The notes below the pieces were generated by a model. That model saw only the letters and a list, made by a program, of their open reading frames with translations. It searched no databases and was not told the DNA's origin. From Oculatellaceae cyanobacterium bins.114 (GTDB taxonomy: Bacteria > Cyanobacteriota > Cyanobacteriia > Elainellales > Elainellaceae), in NCBI GenBank assembly GCA_033764315.1, contig JANRJA010000011.1, positions 1 to 64,000 of the forward strand: a DNA stretch of 64,000 nt, in the 5' to 3' direction. Both the position numbers and the translations under genes were made by a program. Position 1 is the first letter of the stretch. The number at the start of each line of letters is the position of its first letter. Positions 30,101 through 38,494 of this stretch are shown piece by piece.

Positions 30101-30419
30101 GCTCAACGTGTAGCAGTGGAATGATACGTTTGTTGTATTTGAGTGCAAGCTCAATCTCTAATTGACAGTAGACAGAGTTAACAGAGTGCGGTGAAATAAC
30201 AAATAGAAAGTTTTTAGAGCGTTCAATCCCGTCCTTGATCTGTTCCTGAAAATCGACTGCAACTGGAATATCGTTAAGATCTAACCAAATGTTGTACCCT
30301 GCTATGGCTAGTTGACTATACAGCTTTAAGGCAAACGCTTTGCTGTCTAACCTGCCATAGGAAATAAAAACATCAAAAAGCGCGTGTGAGTTTGCCGAGA
30401 TTAATATGTCGTCTTCCAT
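27192..30419 (-). CDS. Triple TIR-domain + CHASE2 membrane protein
   Basis: Three DVFISY/VFLSY/VFIGY...FVISP.S..S..C..(E/Q) TIR units, each followed by an LL.RALxW...LL.G..L..AE.WL helical unit; then a TM helix; CHASE2 (LEL.AYD, IGLDFYRD, DRIVLIG, G.F.Q.QM.SQ); then 3 TM helices. Confidence 0.88.
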   Translation of the reverse strand: MEDDILISANSHALFDVFISYGRLDSKAFALKLYSQLAIAGYNIWLDLNDIPVAVDFQEQIKDGIERSKNFLFVISPHSVNSVYCQLEIELALKYNKRIIPLLHVEQINQEIWRQRNPNGTDEQWEDYRARGLHSSYPNMHPAIQSINWVNFQNEVDGFDAALTNLKSALERHQSYVYHHTVLLSKALSWSRHHRKTHDLLTGKELELAEAWLKTRFKGEQAPCNPTELHAEFITESIKNEQNLMTQVFLSYANEDREIMEKVRHSLRYQGITVWSTSTDIQIGEDFTRALRRGIEQSDNLVYLMSSDSLQSEYCQMEIEYAHQLNKRIVPLLLRLVDMNHVPFALHDLQYIDLTTVISEDNYHTCEAQLLNTLRQNENYHRQHKLLLVRALKWEYQYDNPSILLQGSYLRQAEAWLKEAVHHPQFAPLPIHQEFIEASQQQPHDQTFNVFIGYSPLDIEFVRKFNDNLQLQGMGTWFAQESLESGQDSQLAIQQGIENSDNFLFVISPNSIQSTDCLDQLNYAVSLNKRLVTVLYQDVPPHELPPVLSTIQWIDFRDHQDDLLKSFGELIRLLASDPEYVQLHTRLLVKAKEWVQSNRDDDLLLRGKPLKTAMEWLAIAETKEPKLTPLQQDYIQASQALPFRKIKLRSALFTSVAAMILVAIARVLGFLQPLELRAYDSFVQLRPVEPLDPHLLIVKVDSSSGSLLREQMINRVYQPGIGTIPDAALNDVLKILESHQPRLIGLDFYRDFPAEPILRDRLANSPNIIGNCLSRAWDNQGNPTDGIPNRTITDLESIGFANALADGTNRLVRRQLLISSADPEFCNTDQSFSLVLVRRYLDALNKPFIHPDEPSSDGVMRFGETPIPLLRGDGSGYSPLDPLLGGYQLMLNYRVGDRTQLSSCVAQPSAKLSDNPVETFADTVTLADVLQNKVAAECIRDRIVLIGYTDTSDRNADVWFSPHGRIAGVFLQGQMISQLISTVLDQRPLIWWMSMEGELLWILGWSITGGLVFWGLVRPIHLCLATTGAFVLLVGSCYGIFIVSSGWMPLVPGAIAFVISGAGVAYLSYRIRNPW

Positions 30420-30649
30420 AGTCGTGAGGGAGCTAGAGTTTTAAGAATATCACTATCTATTTATGACGAGAGGAAAATTACTGGTGATATTCAGGAAACT
30501 CTGTTTATAGATGTAGCGATCACCCTTTGACCTCCATTAATGGAACTTTGACCTCCATCTGTCATTCCCATACAGATGGCAATCTAGAGGATAAGAATGC
30601 TAGTTGTCTGAATGTGCGTGCACTAGGACAGCCGCTGATGAGACTTTCT

Positions 30650-30820
30650 ATCAGTGCATCTTCTATGGCTCCCAAGGCTTTGAGCGTTGCTTTTTGAGTT
30701 TCAGTAATACCCTTTACTCTAGTGATATTCATCCCTTCATAGGGGCGATCGCTCCTCAATGTCTTTATGCACTCTCCCCGATTTAGATCCCAAAGCCAGA
30801 TAGTTTCATCATCGCTACTC
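30650..30820 (-). pseudogene. C-terminal fragment of a WD40-repeat (NB-ARC/NACHT-WD40 type) gene
   Basis: SSDDETIWLWDLNRGECIKTLRSDRPYEGMNIT..KG.TE.QKATLKALGA is the typical tail of cyanobacterial STAND-WD40 proteins; the rest of the gene is missing. Confidence 0.8.
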
Positions 30821-30879
30821 TTCAATTAGAACTATTTGAAATCAATCGAGCTGTACTTGGGGTATAAAAAACGGCTATT

Positions 30880-31440
30880 TTGACTATTTCGGATGATGAC
30901 ACGCCCAGTTCTCCGAGCACTTACAACATTCCTGGATCTCCAAATACACCTGAAACTCCTAGCAATCCCGTTACTCGAATGGGTAATGCTCGTAGCGATC
31001 GCCTGCTTGGTACATCAGTCAATGAGGTTTTGGTTGGGTTGCGTGGCAACGATACAGTCCAGGGGGACGTTGGTGCAGATACACTGATTGGGGTTGACCC
31101 CAATACTCGGAAACCCGGTGTGTGTGAACGCGATGTATTGATGGGCAACGAAGGAGCCAATGTGTTTGTTTTGGGGAACGCTCAATCCGTTTTCTACAAC
31201 GATGGCAACCGTGCAACAGTAGGATTGCAAGACTACGCCTTAATTAAGGACTTCAATGCCAGCAGCGATCGCATTCAATTACACGGACGCCGATCCAACT
31301 ACCATCTTGGTGCTGCTCCACAGGGAACACCAAAAGGAATTGGCATCTTTTTGGAGAACGGCAGAACGGATGAGTTAATTGCGATCGCACAAGGACAGCG
31401 AAATCTGCGACTCACCAATTCTACATTTCAGTTTGTTTGA
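30880..31440 (+). pseudogene. Probable 3' fragment of a Calx-beta/RTX Ca-binding exoprotein
   Basis: Begins LTISDDD (end of a Calx-beta unit), Pro-rich linker, G..GND repeats, DYALIKDF...DRIQL.G, DELIAI tail; TTG start with no signal. Confidence 0.6.
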
Positions 31441-31509
31441 TCAGACGATTCACAGTTGCTCAGGGTCAACCCCCATGTCTCGCAGCTTATTGGCTAAGGC
31501 TTGCGATCG
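31381..31509 (+). repeat. 129-bp direct repeat, copy 2, running from one HIP1 site to the next
   Basis: GCGATCGC at 31381 and 31503; matches 16475-16603. Confidence 0.9.
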
Positions 31510-32166
31510 CTGTCGTTCCTGCTCTAGCTGCTGTTCTGCCTGCTCAGCTCGTTGATGCTCCTGCTCAGCTCGTTGACGCTCTTGTTCAGCCTGTTGCGCG
31601 ATCTCAACATAACTCAAAAATCGCTTTCCATCAGGTCGGTAGAGTTGCAGTTCACTCCCTGTTAAATCAAAGCGAATTTGCAATCGGGGGCTGACCCACT
31701 GATCGATCGGATCGATCACATCCAAGCCTTCACTCCCCCGCAACCAACCACTCAAATCTCGATGCTTAGGGTCATACAGGTAATATTCCTCAACGCCATG
31801 ACGGTTGTAAAAAACCTGTTTCTTATTCATCTCGGTTAAACGATTGCTGGGTGAGAGAATCTCAAACACCACTTGAGGAGCAATCCCATCCTCTACCCAT
31901 TGTTTGTAAGATCCTCGATAGCCCTTCGATCTACCAAACACCACCAGCACGTCAGGAGCCATGCAAATCGTGTTACTTCCCTCAACGGGATACCACAACA
32001 AATCTCCTGCCACAAAAACGGCTGGGTTGTCAGCAAACAGCCACTCCAAATTCTGCTGAATCACCACGATCCAGCGAAACTGCTCCGTATTATCCGCCAT
32101 TGGCTGACCGTCGCTATCAGGATAAATAACCTCTGATTGAGCAGAGGGCTGTAGCTGAGAAACCAT
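31450..32166 (-). CDS. Uma2 family (DUF820) endonuclease-fold protein with coiled-coil tail
   Basis: YPDSDGQPMADNT, APDV, VVFEILSPSN, GVEEYYLYDP, QERQRAEQ repeats. Confidence 0.92.
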   Translation of the reverse strand: MVSQLQPSAQSEVIYPDSDGQPMADNTEQFRWIVVIQQNLEWLFADNPAVFVAGDLLWYPVEGSNTICMAPDVLVVFGRSKGYRGSYKQWVEDGIAPQVVFEILSPSNRLTEMNKKQVFYNRHGVEEYYLYDPKHRDLSGWLRGSEGLDVIDPIDQWVSPRLQIRFDLTGSELQLYRPDGKRFLSYVEIAQQAEQERQRAEQEHQRAEQAEQQLEQERQRSQALANKLRDMGVDPEQL

Positions 32167-32331
32167 ACTCTCAACCTCACTAGAAATAGTGTTGCCGGGT
32201 AATCCTTGAAAGTGGAGTATGTCACACAAAGTACGACACATCTTCACTGCAAGAATTACCCATTATGTTTAACCTAGCACAGGGTTTAACTTAGCACAGA
32301 GACATGAACGAAGCCTGTTGTGCGATCGCCC

Positions 32332-32625
32332 TTACCGTTTACGTTTCAATATTGACCCTGCCCCAAAAGCTCCGACTCCTAGCAGGGCTAAAACCGTTCC
32401 CGGTTCAGAGGCTGGCGCAATATCAATCTCTAGATTTTGGCAAGAGTAGCGGGTGACTCCCCGGCTATCTGTGCCAAAAAATCCTTCAGATCCAGTAGGC
32501 TTTAAGAAATTGACTTGATTGACTTGGTAGGTGGGATTTGTTTGGTAACTTTGTCCATACGCTTGATTAGAGCGGCTATTAAACAGGGCGATCGCGGTGT
32601 CCGTAAAGCCTCTTGGAATTGGAAT
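32332..32625 (-). pseudogene. Start-less fragment of a PEP-CTERM protein
   Basis: 98-codon open frame with no ATG, ending ...DIAPASEPGTVLALLGVGAFGAGSILKRKR* (PEP-like motif, TM helix, basic tail). Confidence 0.7.
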
Positions 32626-32630
32626 TTAAG

Positions 32631-35600
32631 CTAGGGCAGCGATCGCTGCCCTTGTCCTGACTGATAAACCTGCCACATCAGTTGATAGGCGTGCTCAATG
32701 GAGCGCACCGATCGCTCGGTGTCATATAGCGGTGTGGTCAACCGTTGCGTTGCCAGTTTAGTTTTCAAGGCTTGCAGGGTTTGGGAGTGTTGCCCCAGGT
32801 GAATGGCCCGTTGCTCATACTCACTCAGGGAATGGGTGATTAGTTCTGGTAGCCCGACCGAAGTTAACAGGCTCGCAGCGACTCGTGAGGCAAAGGTGTC
32901 TCCAAGGATTGTGAGAACAGGAACTCCTGCCCACAGGGCATCACTGGCGGTGGTGTGGGCGTTATAAAAGCGGGTGTCAAGAAACAAATCTGCCCGTTGC
33001 AGGCGGGTCAAGTGCTCTGCTTTAGGAAGTCGTTGAGCAAAGACCAGGCGATCGCCATCAATGCCATGAGTCTCTGCGGCGTGTCTAAGGTTTTGCTCTG
33101 CCGTTGGATAGCTGTGAAACAGCCACATCACACTGTTAGGAACCTGCCGTAATACCCGCATCCACACAGCAAACAGGTGAGGGTCAATTTTGCGGGTGTT
33201 ATTGAAACAGCAATAGACAAAGCCGGTCTCTGGCAGACCCACAGCAGTTCGAGGAGGAGCCAGAGCGATCGTCTGTTGGTTGTCATTGATTTGATAGCAG
33301 TGTGGCAAATAAACGCAATGTTCGGTCATGGTGGGGGCTAACTCCGGTGGAGTGATGATCGCATCTGTAAGCACGTAATCCATGAAGTCAGCCCCCATTG
33401 TGCCGGGGTAGCCCAAATAGTTGACTTGAATGGGGGCAGGTCGCAGGGCAAATAACCGAGGCGAACTGAATTCGGTATAGCCCGCTAAATCGACCAAAAT
33501 ATCAATACCGTCTTGAAACACCTGTTGAGCACTGGCAGCAGGTGTCCACTGGTTGATATCTAAAAAGCGATCGCACTCTCGTTCAAACGTCTTGCGGTAG
33601 TCACTGCCATCGTCAGGCCCCAGGGAATAGGCAAACACCTCAAACTGGTTACGGTTGTGCAACCCAAACAATCGCACCATCAGATGAGCGACCGCATGAT
33701 CTCGAAAATCACCAGAGACGTAGCCAATTCGCAAACGAGGGTTGGGCGTACTTTTACGCTCCTCGCTGAACTGAAATCCAAATTGCTGACGACGTTCTGC
33801 AACTGACTGAGCGATCGCCTGTGCCGATTGTTGAGCGATCGCTTGCTGTTGTGCCGCCGAAAAGGGCAAGAGTAGTGTATTGAGAGGTGTCACTGGACAA
33901 GGCTTTCCCTGGTCTAACTGAGTTTGAGCCACACGGATCAGGGACTCGCTCAATACCTCCACCTCCGCCCATTGACAGGTTTGCCGCCATAGTCGCACCA
34001 GTCCATCCAGGGCTTTTAGATGGTCAGGTTCGCGTTGCAACACTTGCCGATAGGCGGTTTCTGCTTCATCAAATCGCTCTAGCTTCAATAAGGTGTTCCC
34101 CAAATTTAATCGGGCATGGGTGAAATCGGGTTGGAGTGCCACAGCTTGCTCAAAGTGGGCGATCGCCTCTCGTGCCCGCCCCAGTTCATACATCACAATT
34201 CCCAGGTTGTTGTGCGTTTCGACGGAATCAGCATTGAGGGTTAACGCTTTTTGAAAACAGCGAATGGCGTCTTCCCAGTGTTCCTGCATCTGGTGGGCAG
34301 TTCCTAAACGCAACCACGTCTCTGCTTGGTTGGGTCGAAGTGCTAGGGCTTGCTGATAGCGAGCGATCGCCCGGTGGAATTGCTGCCGTTGTTGCAATGC
34401 GTTTCCCAAATTTAGAAGGGCTTGAGCGTTTTGGGGTTGACGAGCAACAACCTGTTGATAATGGGCGATCGCTTCTGAAATCTCCCCTTGTCGGTGCATC
34501 GCCAGTGCCAGGTTATAGCGCACGTCGATTAACTGAGGCTGCAATTGCAACGCTTGTTGATAGGCAGCAATGCCCTTCTCTAGTTGTCCACTGCTGCAAT
34601 AGGCGACTCCCAAATGCCCATGATATTCAGCGACATCGGGTTCCAAAGCGATCGCCTGTTGCAGATAACCCAGAGCACGCTCAGTTTCACGAAATTGCAG
34701 TTGGGTTAGGGCTAACAAATGCAGTGCTCGTGCTGACTGAGGGTGCTGTTGCAGAACTTGTTGACAGATCTGCTGCACCTTTTCAAACTGCCCAGATTGC
34801 CCCAATTGTGCTGCCTGATCTAGCAACAGCATGGCTGCGGAAAGCGACAACTCCTCCACAGGTGACACGCTTGCTACAGGATGCACCTGTTCTAAAGAAT
34901 AGGACTCAGGCGTTTGAAGTTTGGCTTGATCTCCCACGGTCTCTTTTAAGGGAGGATTGATCTGCCCAAGATCTGCCAATTTTAAGGAGTTAAGCCAATT
35001 CTCCCATTCGTGAACCCGCACCGCCCAGACGCAGGTCTGATTAACAAAGTTCACCTGGTTTCGCAAGGCTGTCTCGATCGCCAATGGGTCTGCCACCTGG
35101 TTCTGTAACGCTTGTACTGTCGCCGCTATAAACTGTTGAGCGTATTCTTGCTGGGTTTCCCAAGTCCATGAGACAAAGCGTTGAGGAGTAGATGTTTCAG
35201 CATTCGGAATGGCAATTAATTGAGCCAACCCTGATGTCGTTTCAGGCAAGGCTCCGATCGCACTGGTAATCACCTGACACCCACTGGCGATCGCTTCCAT
35301 CACCGCGATACAAGAGGTTTCAAAGAAAATATTGGGATACGTCCATGCTGTCACCGTTCGCAAGGCTTGTGCCAACTCGGTTTGAGGCAGTGAACCCACA
35401 TACTCTACTCCCTCTAAACGGTAGCACCGCTCATACAAGTCCCTGAACTCGTCCTGAGTCACACTCTGTTGGTACACCTGCATGCTAGAAAACACCTTTA
35501 ACGTAGTCCCAGGAACCGTAGCTCGAATGGTGGGAAACAGATCTAGCAATAGCTCTAATCCTCGAAAGGGAGTGCTGGTGTATGCCAGAACAGGGGGTTG

Positions 35601-36134
35601 GGGTTTAGCCGCAAGAATTGGTGTAGTAGGGGCAAACAGATGTTGAAATACAGGGGCGATCGCATTCCGCAAGACTCCCATTTTGGTAAGCTCTAGCCCA
35701 AGGTGATGGTGAAATTGATCACGCTGCCACTCACTCACCATTGCAAACCCGTCGTAAATCTGTTGTAGCTCAGGTTGATGGAGCGATCGCATGTTGTCTT
35801 GATCAGCAGCACTCTGAATCCAACACACTAAACGGGTTGAGCGCGGCAACAACGGCCGAAAATGCTGCCCTATGTCGGGTTGATTGACCACAACCAGCGC
35901 ATCTAACACCAGGGACTTGAGCAACTCTGGTGAACCCGCTGCTAACGGCAAACAAACGACTCCACTGGAGAGGTCAGTCCGGGAGGTGCCATTCAATAAA
36001 AATACAGTGTGTCCCGCTTGTGCCAGTGCTTCCGCCAAATAGCACACCGCTGACTGAGATCCTCCCAACGGTTGCTGATAAGGGGTTTCAGGTCGATAAT
36101 CCCAGGGGATGGGGTCAAGAAAAGCAATCCGCAT
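32631..36134 (-). CDS. Fusion of a GT4-like glycosyltransferase, TPR repeats and an O-GlcNAc-transferase-like (GT41) domain
   Basis: N-terminal PLGGSQSA...YTSTPFRGL...ETSCIAVMEA; TPRs; RLRIGYVSGDFRDH, DILVDLAGYT, RPAPIQVNYLGYPGT, FNN..KI, YNAHTTASDALW. Confidence 0.9.
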   Translation of the reverse strand: MRIAFLDPIPWDYRPETPYQQPLGGSQSAVCYLAEALAQAGHTVFLLNGTSRTDLSSGVVCLPLAAGSPELLKSLVLDALVVVNQPDIGQHFRPLLPRSTRLVCWIQSAADQDNMRSLHQPELQQIYDGFAMVSEWQRDQFHHHLGLELTKMGVLRNAIAPVFQHLFAPTTPILAAKPQPPVLAYTSTPFRGLELLLDLFPTIRATVPGTTLKVFSSMQVYQQSVTQDEFRDLYERCYRLEGVEYVGSLPQTELAQALRTVTAWTYPNIFFETSCIAVMEAIASGCQVITSAIGALPETTSGLAQLIAIPNAETSTPQRFVSWTWETQQEYAQQFIAATVQALQNQVADPLAIETALRNQVNFVNQTCVWAVRVHEWENWLNSLKLADLGQINPPLKETVGDQAKLQTPESYSLEQVHPVASVSPVEELSLSAAMLLLDQAAQLGQSGQFEKVQQICQQVLQQHPQSARALHLLALTQLQFRETERALGYLQQAIALEPDVAEYHGHLGVAYCSSGQLEKGIAAYQQALQLQPQLIDVRYNLALAMHRQGEISEAIAHYQQVVARQPQNAQALLNLGNALQQRQQFHRAIARYQQALALRPNQAETWLRLGTAHQMQEHWEDAIRCFQKALTLNADSVETHNNLGIVMYELGRAREAIAHFEQAVALQPDFTHARLNLGNTLLKLERFDEAETAYRQVLQREPDHLKALDGLVRLWRQTCQWAEVEVLSESLIRVAQTQLDQGKPCPVTPLNTLLLPFSAAQQQAIAQQSAQAIAQSVAERRQQFGFQFSEERKSTPNPRLRIGYVSGDFRDHAVAHLMVRLFGLHNRNQFEVFAYSLGPDDGSDYRKTFERECDRFLDINQWTPAASAQQVFQDGIDILVDLAGYTEFSSPRLFALRPAPIQVNYLGYPGTMGADFMDYVLTDAIITPPELAPTMTEHCVYLPHCYQINDNQQTIALAPPRTAVGLPETGFVYCCFNNTRKIDPHLFAVWMRVLRQVPNSVMWLFHSYPTAEQNLRHAAETHGIDGDRLVFAQRLPKAEHLTRLQRADLFLDTRFYNAHTTASDALWAGVPVLTILGDTFASRVAASLLTSVGLPELITHSLSEYEQRAIHLGQHSQTLQALKTKLATQRLTTPLYDTERSVRSIEHAYQLMWQVYQSGQGQRSLP

Positions 36135-36430
36135 GAGAAGAGGAAGGAGGAAGAAGGACGAAAGAAAAGGATTAAGGATAAGGGATAAAGGATAAAAAGT
36201 GAGAAGAGAAGAAAGAATAGGACAAACGCCCATACAGCAGTGGTAAGGTTTTGAGAATTATCTCTGCATTCAGCAACGCTAATTGTAAGTTTCGCATCCT
36301 CACAACATCCTCGTTTTTATCCTTTATCTTTTACCGTTGTATTCCCTATTTTCCTCCTTCCCTTAGCTTTCCTCCATCTTTCCTCTCTTGTCCTTGATCG
36401 TTTATCCTTCTTTCTTCTTTTTTCCTTCTT
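36135..36430. repeat. Degenerate short tandem (STRR-like) purine/pyrimidine tracts in inverted arrangement
   Basis: GGATAAA-like units at about 36135-36220 and complementary TTTATCC-like units at about 36310-36430. Confidence 0.5.
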
Positions 36431-36434
36431 CCCT

Positions 36435-36881
36435 ATGCGGGTTATCATCCAACGAGTCACTGCTTCTCACGTTACGATCGATGGGGCGATCGTTGGCAGC
36501 ATTGGGCGAGGACTCAACTTGCTAGTGGGCATTGCTGACTCAGATACCGAGGCAGAGCTAGCGTGGATGGCGCGGAAATGTTTAGAGTTGCGGTTGTTTC
36601 CATCTGAGACGAGCGGGTTTGATCAATCGGTGCAAGAGATCAATGGAGAACTGCTCGTCATTAGTCAATTTACGCTTTATGGAGATGCTCGCAAGGGGCG
36701 TCGTCCTTCGTTTGATAAAGCGGCTACACCTGTTCAAGCAGAACAACTTTATGATCAGTTTGTTGATACGTTACGAAGCAGTGGGCTACGGGTCGAGACG
36801 GGTCGCTTTGGTGCCAATATGCAAGTGGCGATCGCTAACGACGGACCTGTCACCCTGGTGTTAGAAAAGGAGGCACTTTAG
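36435..36881 (+). CDS. dtd: D-aminoacyl-tRNA deacylase
   Basis: [26 protein letters not shown]. Confidence 0.97.
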   Translation: MRVIIQRVTASHVTIDGAIVGSIGRGLNLLVGIADSDTEAELAWMARKCLELRLFPSETSGFDQSVQEINGELLVISQFTLYGDARKGRRPSFDKAATPVQAEQLYDQFVDTLRSSGLRVETGRFGANMQVAIANDGPVTLVLEKEAL

Positions 36882-37071
36882 GGAACTCTTTAGTTGGAGA
36901 ATAAACTGATTTTGTCAATCCATCTCTAATAAAGTTACAGTCGAGGTTACGGTCAATATAAGTTATTCAAATAGTCAAACACCTGTTTTTTATTGACAGC
37001 TTATGACGTAGCTGATATTGTAAAGAAATATTTCTTTGTTATTGATAGTTGTAACTCTATTGTTTCCATTT

Positions 37072-37866
37072 ATGACAGGAGTCGCCGATTTGAATCAGAG
37101 TCAAGCCTATCCCCACCACACTTGCTTTACTCTGCGCTCTACTCCCCACTTAACTGTATTTTGCGATTTTGACGGGCCTATCATTGACGTTAGCGATCGC
37201 TACTACAACACCTATCAATTAGCACTGGCCGACGTTCAGACTATCTGTGAGACCCAAGGCACAGCTTCCCCATTTTGCTGCTTGAGCAAAACTCACTTTT
37301 GGCAAATGAAGCAAGATCGAGTGCCCGACCTCGAAATTGCCTTGCGTTCTGGGCTGCGACAAGAGCAGATGGATTATTTTTTGCAGCGCGTCTCTTCTAT
37401 CGTGAATCAGCCTGCCCTGTTACACCAAGATCAGTTGCAACCCGGAGTGCGTTGGGCATTAGAGCTACTGCACTCTCAGGGAGCACGCCTAGTTCTAGTT
37501 ACTCTACGCAACCAGGAACAAGCCACGCAAATTTTGCAAAACTATGGGCTAGCCAATCTGTTCACGCTGATTCGTGGCACCCACGATGACACGGTCGCCT
37601 ATGGCAACGCTGCCGAAGCTAAAATTCAACTGCTGGCAGAGGTGTTACGCGAATTTCCTTACTGGGCAACCGAGCCAGCATGGATGATTGGCGACACTGA
37701 AGCGGATATTTTGGCAGGGCAAGCCTCCAATATTCCGACGATCGCCCTGACCTGTGGCATTCGTAGTCAAACCTATCTGGAAAAGTTTTTGCCCACCCGC
37801 ATTCACTGTGACTTGCTCTCGGCGGCTCATTACCTGATCAGTCAACCCCTGTTTGCCAGCGTCTAG
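37072..37866 (+). CDS. HAD-superfamily hydrolase (start uncertain)
   Basis: DFDGPIID motif I; MIGDTEAD motif IV. Confidence 0.88.
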   Translation: MTGVADLNQSQAYPHHTCFTLRSTPHLTVFCDFDGPIIDVSDRYYNTYQLALADVQTICETQGTASPFCCLSKTHFWQMKQDRVPDLEIALRSGLRQEQMDYFLQRVSSIVNQPALLHQDQLQPGVRWALELLHSQGARLVLVTLRNQEQATQILQNYGLANLFTLIRGTHDDTVAYGNAAEAKIQLLAEVLREFPYWATEPAWMIGDTEADILAGQASNIPTIALTCGIRSQTYLEKFLPTRIHCDLLSAAHYLISQPLFASV

Positions 37867-37892
37867 TCGTGGGAAAAGGATCAGAAATGACT

Positions 37893-38468
37893 TTATTCTC
37901 CAGCTTTCAAGACTTGCTCAGGCGTCAGCATTAATTCTGGAAATACAGTTGAGCGGATGGGTTCAGCACCTTTGAACACCGCATCTTCATACAACCCATT
38001 GACCAGCGTCAAGACCGTCACAATGGCTCTTTCAGGATCGACAATCCAATATTCTGCGATCCCTCTAGCCGCGTACTCAGAGCGTTTGTAACGGTAGTCT
38101 CGCTCCTGATTTTGCGTTCCTGGCGACACCACTTCAACTACCAAGTTTGGAGGCGGCATGTCGACTGTAATCGTTGCTCTAGCAGTGCCTTGTAGTAACT
38201 CTACCAGTTCATCAGAAATGACCATTAAATCTGGCATGCGAGTCGTCGCACGGGTTCCTAAAACGACAATTTCAGTCTTATTACTCAAACGGTTAACCGG
38301 AACAAACCGCAGGAATTGTACCAGCAAAAATAGGGCAATTTGAGAGTTATTCCAACTTTCAGGTGGCATAGCAACCAGTTCCCCTGCCACCAATTCATAT
38401 CGCGTATCGGTGCCATCATCATAATTCAGGTATTCCTGAAGAGTCAGCCGTTTAATGGTGGTTGCCAT
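37893..38468 (-). CDS. Uma2 family protein
   Basis: YELV.GEL..MPPES, R.PDL, LVVEVVSPG, RDYRYKRSEYAARGIAEYWIVDP. Confidence 0.92.
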   Translation of the reverse strand: MATTIKRLTLQEYLNYDDGTDTRYELVAGELVAMPPESWNNSQIALFLLVQFLRFVPVNRLSNKTEIVVLGTRATTRMPDLMVISDELVELLQGTARATITVDMPPPNLVVEVVSPGTQNQERDYRYKRSEYAARGIAEYWIVDPERAIVTVLTLVNGLYEDAVFKGAEPIRSTVFPELMLTPEQVLKAGE

Positions 38469-38494
38469 CACTGCTCCGGGGTAACGCCATGCGT

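Noticed and set aside
34340-34960. 206-aa plus-strand ORF and the many other antisense or nested ORFs in the track
   Set aside because: They are shadows of well-supported genes on the opposite strand or in another frame
36135-36233. Hydrophobic N-terminal extension of the GT41 fusion
   Set aside because: It is the translation of a low-complexity repeat tract; the domain begins at MRIAFLD (36134)
31450-38468. Two Uma2 genes as a restriction/defence system
   Set aside because: A highly expanded, dispersed family in cyanobacteria; no methylase or partner genes here
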